This document shows positions 10,125 to 17,700 of a stretch of 38,255 nucleotides of DNA, in pieces. The notes beneath the pieces are model-generated. The model was not told where the DNA came from, did not search any database, and was given only the letters and a program-made list of their open reading frames with translations. Made by a program: the position numbers and the translations under genes. Location: IMG/VR virus record IMGVR_UViG_3300032243_000178, positions 1 to 38,255 of that record; one strand, 5' to 3'. This stretch comes from a virus. Its lineage: Duplodnaviria; Caudoviricetes. Within the stretch, counting starts at the first letter, position 1. Every line of letters begins with the position of its first letter.

Positions 10125-10775
10125 ATGAGAAAAACATTTACAGCGGTTCTACCAGATGAACCATACAAAACAACTACTAAATTGAATAGAACAGTAGAGT
10201 GTGCTTATACAGGCCCACGCTACATTCTAGTCAGAGTGGAAAAAACCGACGGTAAAATCTATTGCGTAGATGGTGGTGCAGAAACGTTAGAAGAGTTAGA
10301 TGCTTCGAGATTAACCGTTGAACAATTACATGACGAAAAACACGATCAAGTAGTTATCGATGCAGATGTAGACACATGGATGGCAGCGCATCTTACACAT
10401 GATTATGAGCATAGATCTGTTCCTAATTATGTTGAGACATTGCCAACTGGCGAAGTTTACGAGTATAGCTACAATGACGAACACAGTGCTTGTTCACAGC
10501 CTTATTATACAAATGACTCGTATTTTAAGAAAGAAACAAATACATGGATTCGTCCACGTATGAGAACACACGCTGTTACTCGTCAGTCATTTATGGATAG
10601 TATCCAAAGTCAAATTGATGGCGTTACTGAGGTGATATCACATGGTAAACTCAATCACGATCGTCAAGCGGAAGCAGAAGCATATGTAACATTCCTACAA
10701 GAATTGCCAACAAAATATGCTAATATTGACCACTGGAAAATTCCATTTCCGAAATATCCAAATTTAAACGCTTAA
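10125..10775 (+). CDS. Hypothetical protein, possible fibre assembly chaperone
   Basis: Starts 1 nt after paralog 3. C-terminus (YVTFLQELP...WKIPFPKYP) is reminiscent of tail-fibre assembly chaperone ends (Y...L.dlP...P..P). Confidence 0.55.
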   Translation: MRKTFTAVLPDEPYKTTTKLNRTVECAYTGPRYILVRVEKTDGKIYCVDGGAETLEELDASRLTVEQLHDEKHDQVVIDADVDTWMAAHLTHDYEHRSVPNYVETLPTGEVYEYSYNDEHSACSQPYYTNDSYFKKETNTWIRPRMRTHAVTRQSFMDSIQSQIDGVTEVISHGKLNHDRQAEAEAYVTFLQELPTKYANIDHWKIPFPKYPNLNA

Positions 10776-10793
10776 TTTAAATTTAAAGCCAAG

Positions 10794-10849
10794 ATAGGCC
10801 TTGTACATTTAGCTGAAAGGCTATATAATCTGTACATAGGCCTATTTTT
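10794..10849 (+). promoter_or_regulatory. Long inverted repeat containing a sigma70-like promoter; probably also a terminator
   Basis: ATAGGCCTTGTACA...TGTACA(T)AGGCCTAT followed by a T-run; inside lies TTGTAC(10801)-17 nt-TATAAT(10824). Confidence 0.55.
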
Positions 10850-10860
10850 ATGGAGTTTAA

Positions 10861-11796
10861 ATGAGCAAATCAAAAGTATTCTTTGTCAACGGTGGCGCTG
10901 GCCGTATGATAGCATCTATTCCAGCGTTTGAAAAATATGAAGAAGAATCCGGAGACAAAGATTTTATTATTGTCTGCGAAGGCGGAACCGATATTTTCAA
11001 AGGTCATCCAACACTAGATGAACGCACATTTGATATCTGGCATAAACATTTGTTTAGAGATCAAATTCAACCTAGAGAACTCGTAACTACTGAACCGTAT
11101 AGAGTTTGGGAATACTACAATCAAAAATGCTCTATCAGCCAAGCATTTGATATTCAAATCAATGGAAAAGGTATCCGTGAACTACCAAGACCAACGCTAA
11201 AATTAAGCAAAGACGAGTTATTAGTTGGTCGTCAACTAGTTGGCGATGTTAAAAAGAAATTAAAGAAAGAAAAAATCATTGTATTGCAACCATTTGGCCG
11301 CGGCATTGAATATATTGATGAAACTCTAATTGATAAAACTGCTCGAAGCTTTGAACTCAAAGATGTCAAAGCCATTGTTAAAAAACTCCAACAAGCAGAT
11401 TACGGTATTATCATGATGAGTGAGTTTAAAATTGATTTCTCAGACGCAAAACTCAAAGACGAAATTGCAATGCCAGAAAATGTCAGCACTCGTGTTTGGG
11501 CTGCTGTGATCAAATACGCTGATTATTTCTTAGGCTGCGACAGCTTAGGGCAACATTTAGCCTACTCTATGGGACAAAAAGCATCTGTGGTAATGGGATC
11601 AACTTTCCCAATTAACGTATCATACCCAGACTGTCCAGACTTTGATGTGTTAGACATGGGTGAAATTAATAGGCAATATGACCCTATTAGAATTTTGCCA
11701 GACGAACGAGTAACTAGACTTAATGAAAACATTATGACTATGAACGACGAAATTACTACTTTAATTGTAGACCATTGTACAGGGAAAAAAGAATGA
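10861..11796 (+). CDS. GT-B glycosyltransferase, GT9 (heptosyltransferase)-like
   Basis: GGAG SD; N-terminal GGAGRMIASIPA and C-terminal ADYFLGCDSLGQHLAYSMG match the GT9 pattern A..fig.DSg..HlA.A.g. Confidence 0.65.
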   Translation: MSKSKVFFVNGGAGRMIASIPAFEKYEEESGDKDFIIVCEGGTDIFKGHPTLDERTFDIWHKHLFRDQIQPRELVTTEPYRVWEYYNQKCSISQAFDIQINGKGIRELPRPTLKLSKDELLVGRQLVGDVKKKLKKEKIIVLQPFGRGIEYIDETLIDKTARSFELKDVKAIVKKLQQADYGIIMMSEFKIDFSDAKLKDEIAMPENVSTRVWAAVIKYADYFLGCDSLGQHLAYSMGQKASVVMGSTFPINVSYPDCPDFDVLDMGEINRQYDPIRILPDERVTRLNENIMTMNDEITTLIVDHCTGKKE

Positions 11797-13616
11797 CAAT
11801 TACATCGATATCAAAAAAACCACAAAAATCTATCTGGATTGCAGCGATTGCTCGAGGACATAACTCCGGCGTTTGCTTGCTCAAAGATGGAGAAATCGTG
11901 TTTAGCATTGAAGAAGAACGCCTAAGTCGTCACAAATATGATGGCGGCCCGTTTGCCTCAATGGTAAAAATTCTAGATTATACAGATAAACTAGATTATT
12001 TGATTATTGCACATACACAGCCATTGGATCAAACTGCTGGTAAAATCGACTATACTGGCGACGATGTGTATACTGGTCTAGCACGTAAGCTAGGTCTAAT
12101 TGAACGTAAAGTTCCAAATATTCAAAAACATCCACAGGTTATCGACCTTGCATTTATGCATCATAAGCTACACGCTGCTTGTGCATTTTATCGTTCAGGA
12201 TTTAAAGATGCTGTATCTTTAATCGTTGACGGTGCTGGCACATTCTATCCAATGAGTTATAATGATTCGCATCTTACTCTATGGGAAGTTGAATCTATTG
12301 TTGATTGCGAATATCCAGCTAACTTTAAAACTCTTTATAAACATTATGGTACACGTGAACCAATCGCTGGGGCATACATGCCAGAATTTCCATCAACTCC
12401 GCTAGGAGAAGAAGGTGATACCCACGAAGCATACGTAAGCGATCGTGCTGGTATTGTTAAAGTTTACGAAGGTGTTACAGAGTACTGTGGATTCAGTGCA
12501 ATTGAAGCTGGAAAGACTATGGGACTATTTCCATATGGTCAAGACAATCCAGTGATTCCTAAATTGTTTGAAACTGATTCTAAGATTCCGTTGTCAAATC
12601 GTAACTTAATGGTTCCACGCTATCCAATGAGTTCAACTGTTAATGCAATGTTATTTGATTATCTTGATCAAATGCCTGCAGATGACGAAGATCCAACAAC
12701 ACTACAAAATCGTCGCGATATGGCATACGCTGTGCAGACACAGACTCAAGAACAAGTTTTACGTTTAATACGTTTAGCCTGCGAAAAGAGTGGTAAGAAA
12801 CGTGTAGTGCTCAGTGGCGGCTACGGATTAAACTGTGTTGCTAACTATTTCTATCTAGACGGATTAAAAGAAGACGGTATCGAATTTTACGTAGAACCTA
12901 TTTCTAATGATGCTGGTACTGCTATGGGTGCTGCCCTTATGTTCTGGTATGGCATGCAAGATGATGTAACAATTCGTCCAGGCGAAACACTATATCTTGG
13001 ACCACCTCAGTCTTATACTGCCGACGAAGTTAACGCTAAAGTTGAAGCGGCAGGTGCAGAAATTACTGATGTTACTGCTAAAGATATTGTTGCGTTATTG
13101 CGTGATAAGAATATTGTTACAATTTTTCAAGGACGTAGTGAAAACGGTCCACGTGCATTAGGCAATCGTTCAGTACTATTTGATCCAACATTTGAAGATG
13201 GTAAAGATTATGTAAACATGGTTAAACGCCGTGAATATTTCCGTCCGTTTGCTGGGTCGATTCTTGAAGAAGATGTGCATGAGTGGTTTGATCTGCGCGG
13301 TATGAAAAACAGCCCGTTCATGATGTATGCTGTAAACTGCCAACCAGGTATTGCTGAAAAGATCCCAAGTATTATCCACGTTGACGGTACTTGTCGTATC
13401 CAGACAGTTACACCAGAGCAAAACAAGCACTACTATGATCTAATTAAAGCATTTAAAGAAGAAACAGGAATTCCTATTCTGTTTAATACCAGCTTTAATC
13501 TAGGCGGGGAACCTTTAGTAGAAACACTAGATGATGCTATTTGGACCCTACAGCAATCCGATATTGAATATCTATACTTGCCAGAACACGGCAAACTAAT
13601 TAAGATTGCTAATTAA
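11793..13616 (+). CDS. O-carbamoyltransferase (NodU/CmcH/TobZ family)
   Basis: ATGA overlap with the GT stop. Motifs EEERLSR, HHKLHA, VDGAG, GKTMGL, SGGYGLNCVAN, NDAGTAMGAA, GPRALGNRS, KRREYFRPFA, HVDGTCRIQTV, NTSFN..GEPLV. Confidence 0.93.
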   Translation: MTITSISKKPQKSIWIAAIARGHNSGVCLLKDGEIVFSIEEERLSRHKYDGGPFASMVKILDYTDKLDYLIIAHTQPLDQTAGKIDYTGDDVYTGLARKLGLIERKVPNIQKHPQVIDLAFMHHKLHAACAFYRSGFKDAVSLIVDGAGTFYPMSYNDSHLTLWEVESIVDCEYPANFKTLYKHYGTREPIAGAYMPEFPSTPLGEEGDTHEAYVSDRAGIVKVYEGVTEYCGFSAIEAGKTMGLFPYGQDNPVIPKLFETDSKIPLSNRNLMVPRYPMSSTVNAMLFDYLDQMPADDEDPTTLQNRRDMAYAVQTQTQEQVLRLIRLACEKSGKKRVVLSGGYGLNCVANYFYLDGLKEDGIEFYVEPISNDAGTAMGAALMFWYGMQDDVTIRPGETLYLGPPQSYTADEVNAKVEAAGAEITDVTAKDIVALLRDKNIVTIFQGRSENGPRALGNRSVLFDPTFEDGKDYVNMVKRREYFRPFAGSILEEDVHEWFDLRGMKNSPFMMYAVNCQPGIAEKIPSIIHVDGTCRIQTVTPEQNKHYYDLIKAFKEETGIPILFNTSFNLGGEPLVETLDDAIWTLQQSDIEYLYLPEHGKLIKIAN

Positions 13617-13617
13617 T

Positions 13618-13641
13618 AAAAGCCCCGAAAGGGGCTTTTTT
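13618..13641 (+). terminator. Intrinsic terminator
   Basis: AAAAGCCCC-GAAA-GGGGCTTTT plus T-run immediately after the carbamoyltransferase stop. Confidence 0.9.
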
Positions 13642-13650
13642 ATTCTCTGC

Positions 13651-13656
13651 TAAATA
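13651..13656 (+). promoter_or_regulatory. T4-type late promoter core TAAATA, 5 nt before ATG
   Basis: TAAATA-CATTT-ATG; no SD. Confidence 0.7.
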
Positions 13657-13661
13657 CATTT

Positions 13662-14105
13662 ATGAGTATAAACTTTTCACGATTCTTTTTAAGGGGACCT
13701 AAAAACTCCCTAAGACTTGCAAATGGTGTACATTTTGCATATCAAGGCCCATGGATAGCAGCTACCACTGATACAGTTGTTGATTCGTGGTATGTTAGCG
13801 AATTTATGGCTGCAGAGTACACAGTGGTTATTGATGTTACCCCTGCCCGAAAGGAAATTATCAAAGCCCTAGTAGTTGCAGGCCCAAGTGCTGCAACTGT
13901 GACTGTTTACGGTAGAACGCATTTAGGCGAAAATTTAATTGATTTAACAGCTACAGTAACAGACTCAAAAGTGACACTATTAGCTAACCCAACATCAAGC
14001 CCGGACGGATCAACATATGATAATTCTAGCTTGCTTGTAGGCGGTAAAATTATTTTTAGTGCGGTTTATTACCACTCAATCAACGAACTTAAACGTTCTA
14101 TATAA
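13662..14105 (+). CDS. Hypothetical beta-rich structural protein
   Basis: 147-aa ORF directly behind a late promoter motif. Confidence 0.7.
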   Translation: MSINFSRFFLRGPKNSLRLANGVHFAYQGPWIAATTDTVVDSWYVSEFMAAEYTVVIDVTPARKEIIKALVVAGPSAATVTVYGRTHLGENLIDLTATVTDSKVTLLANPTSSPDGSTYDNSSLLVGGKIIFSAVYYHSINELKRSI

Positions 14106-14119
14106 CTTAAATCTTCGCA

Positions 14120-14125
14120 TAAATA
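14120..14125 (+). promoter_or_regulatory. Late promoter core TAAATA (leadered transcript)
   Basis: TAAATACATTTA, identical to the 12-mer at 13651; the downstream gene has a GCGGAG SD. Confidence 0.55.
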
Positions 14126-14175
14126 CATTTAGTCTTACGTAGTGGTAGTAGTTGGATGAATAGCGGAGATATCTA

Positions 14176-14754
14176 ATGTCAGTATCATATGTTCCTTTGG
14201 AGTCAAAAAGCGGGTTTAAAAGTCCTGGATTTGTTGTTGACGAAAAAGGAAACCTCAAAATTGGTGGAGCCCTGGCAATTGCCGGCGACTTCAGTACCAC
14301 TGGTATTTTTTATGTCAACGGTATTCAGTTATTAGATAATACTGATTCAACTGTTGCTCTAGGCAGCCAAATTCGTTATAGTAGCTTGACGAAATTAGGT
14401 TCGTTGGAGTATCTAAACGTTGACGGTGACCTTGTTGTTACACAAGGATCAACACCATATATTAATCTTATTAACGGAAATATTTCTATTACTAGCGTAA
14501 ACGGTGTAGGAGCTATCAACAATGTTGATATTGGACTTCGTACACCAGCAGATGGTAATTTTAAATCGCTTAATGTTGGCCCTGGCGATAGCAATGGGGA
14601 ACTAAGCGTACAAGGATTCTTAAATGTCATTGGCACTGCTACAGTAACTGGTGACATGAATATTACAAAAAAACCAACAACAAAGTCACACGCAACAAGA
14701 AAAGATTACGTAGATGCTCGTGTGGCAGCTTTCGCAATTGCTTTTGGAGCATAA
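14176..14754 (+). CDS. Short fibre-like structural protein
   Basis: Short beta repeats; C-terminal HATRKDYVD...AFAIAFG motif typical of phage fibre proteins. Confidence 0.65.
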   Translation: MSVSYVPLESKSGFKSPGFVVDEKGNLKIGGALAIAGDFSTTGIFYVNGIQLLDNTDSTVALGSQIRYSSLTKLGSLEYLNVDGDLVVTQGSTPYINLINGNISITSVNGVGAINNVDIGLRTPADGNFKSLNVGPGDSNGELSVQGFLNVIGTATVTGDMNITKKPTTKSHATRKDYVDARVAAFAIAFGA

Positions 14755-14764
14755 GGAAAAATAA

Positions 14765-17700
14765 ATGGCAAAGAAACAGATAAAAAATTATGTATTTGAA
14801 CCGGGGATCAGTAAAGATGCAAATCTTTATCCGAATGCAGTTGCACTACTAACTGCTAATAAAGCATTTATTATTGCGCAAGAACTTGCATTCATTGACT
14901 ATAACATTGCTAACAACATTAGCCCATACAGCGGATACAAATATGCTCCAGAAAAATGTCGTCGTGACGTTGGATTCTATCTAGATTCTATCATACATGA
15001 TTTACGCTACGGCGGCAACGCTCGTGTTCGTATGATTGCTGAATATTTTTGGATCAACGGCCAACCACAAATCCGTAACGGTGCTGTTCCTGAAGTAACT
15101 GCACAGCAGTATATGAGAGATATAATTAACAATTACATCTTTACAAATACCACAGTACCAGGCACATACAATCAAACAACAGTACAACAAGTTAAGTATG
15201 CAAATCGTAATGGAGAGACTGGTGCTTCTGGTCGTAATTCAACTCTATGGAATATTTTTGGCACTGTGATCCAGCAGGGTCTAAGTCAGTTACCAGCAAA
15301 ACAAACTGGTGTTAGTACTATTCGATTGTTAGGAAATTATGATACAAGCGAAGTATTGTTAATCACCGATGCTAACAACGGTAACATTCTTTATAATTTC
15401 TCTGATAATGCTAACACAGCATCATTTAGTTACAAGCAAGGCAACAGTTCGGGTGATGGTCGTCCACTATCCGATGTGGACTTTGAATATTGGTATCAGA
15501 CCACTGATACAATTACTACGATTGAATTATCAGCTGATACTACATCTCTAACAGTCGGTTCACCGATTCAGGTGTTTGTTGAAGATCCTAATCAACAGAT
15601 TCGTCCTTGGGAATTTGGCACAGACGCTATTGAACGTATGCGTGTTGCTGCCCCACAGGCCATGCTTGACGCTGACTTCGAATACGGATTACAGCCAACT
15701 AAATGGCAAGCACTTGCTCTACAACGTAGTTATCCATCATTATATGAAATTCCAGGAACTGACGTTGGTATTGCTAACGTAACAACTGATGCTTCAGCAA
15801 GTTCTGGCGGATTCGGAGCGTCATTGATTACAGTAACATCGATTGGTACTCATGGTTTTAGCGTTGGTACTCCGATTACTATTAGAGGTTTAAATGGTGC
15901 AGTTAATGGATTCAGTCGTGCTGAAGGTTCTTATATCATTTATTCTATACCAACACCATATCAATTTACATACTATTCGTCAAGTAAAGTAGGTACAGCT
16001 AATGGCGATACTTTGTTCACATCATATGTTACAGTTCGTCAGGCTGGTTTCTACACAGGCGCCAGTATCGGTACTCCAACATTTAGTGTTTATAGTAACG
16101 GATCAACAGGAACATTAACCACGGTATTCAACGTAGAAGCCGGCGACACATTCTTGGTGTTTAGTGGAACAGCTCCTACAACAGGTGCTCCAGTAACTGG
16201 CTCTCCATCCATTTATCCAGGTACATCTGTAAGCGGTGTAGTTGGAAGTTCTAGCCTTACTGTTAGATTATTATCATCTACAATCTCTGGTCAAACATAT
16301 ATTGACATTGTAGATCTTACTGGTGTTTTACCAGGAATGGGCGTTGCTTCTGGAGGGAATGCTGTACAATTTATTAGTTCTATCGTGGGAAACAGAGCGA
16401 ACCTTGATGGCGGATACAATCAAGTAAAGATCGGTGCAACACAATCTTATCTTAACATTGCAGGAACAAACGTTAATTCCATTGGTACCAGTGCTAGATT
16501 TGATGTTAAGCGTATTGGAGGTAGTTATACTGTTACCGGCCGTGTAGATAGTACATCAAACGGTCAAAACTACTCACGTGGCGATCAAATTAAGATCGCT
16601 GGAAATCTGCTTGGTGGTGCAACACCAGCTAACGATTTAATTATCTCTCTTACAGGCGTTGACAGCGGCGGTACAATTACAAACTTTACCTATGCAGGAA
16701 CAGCATTTGCAGGCGGTGGCACATACACCGGTATTGTTCAATATCAAACCACTGGATCAGGATTTGGAGCAACCATTGATGTTGTTCGTCTAGGTGCAGT
16801 TGGAGCTAGCAACTACGGTGTGTACAATAGTGTCACTTTAACAAATCCTGGTTCAAGTTATGTAGTAGGTGAAGTAGTTACCTGGGGCGGAGATATACTA
16901 GGCGGTACAAAACCAGCTAACAATCTAAGCATCACTGTAGCCAGTGTTAACCCATCAACTGGTGCAATCATTGACTATGAAGTAAACACAGCAAATGCAG
17001 CAAGTGGGAATGCTCAATACAGCGGAGTAGCAGGTACAAACGTTGTACCAACAGGTGCTGGCGGAAGATTTGATGTAACCAGAAGTCCTTCGGGATACGC
17101 AGTAGTGCTTAACGGCTCAGGCGGTGTTGGTTATGTTCTAGGAAATAGAATTAAAATTAGTGGAACACAAGTAAACGGAGTAAGTCCGCTTAACGACTGT
17201 ATTATCGAAGTATTAACAGTAGATGTCACCGGAGCAATTACTTCAGTAACTGCAACAGGAACTGGATACCTAGGCGATCAAATCACCGTTTATCCATCAT
17301 TAACTTTAAGTGATCCAACTGTTGCATCTTTAACAGCTGGTTCAGTACTTAGTGTTGGTGCCATTGCTACTATTCAAGTAGACTTTGTTAATAATCACGG
17401 TCTTGTTCCTGGTGCAGCAGTACTAACAAACATCACATCGACACCAACACCAGGATTTAATTCAGTGGCTGCGGCCTTACCAGCGTCAGCAACTTGGACC
17501 AGCGTTGCACAGGTCGCAGGAAGATTTGTTGCGGTAAACGGAAACGGTAATACAACAGGATTTTCCATTAACGGCACAACATGGACCAGTGGTGGAACAT
17601 TGCCAGCAGGTCCAACAGGTTGGGCAGGTATAGCAGGCGGAGTTATTGGTGCAACTACATATTGGATGGCAGTTCCAAATAATTCAAGCAACGTTGGAGC

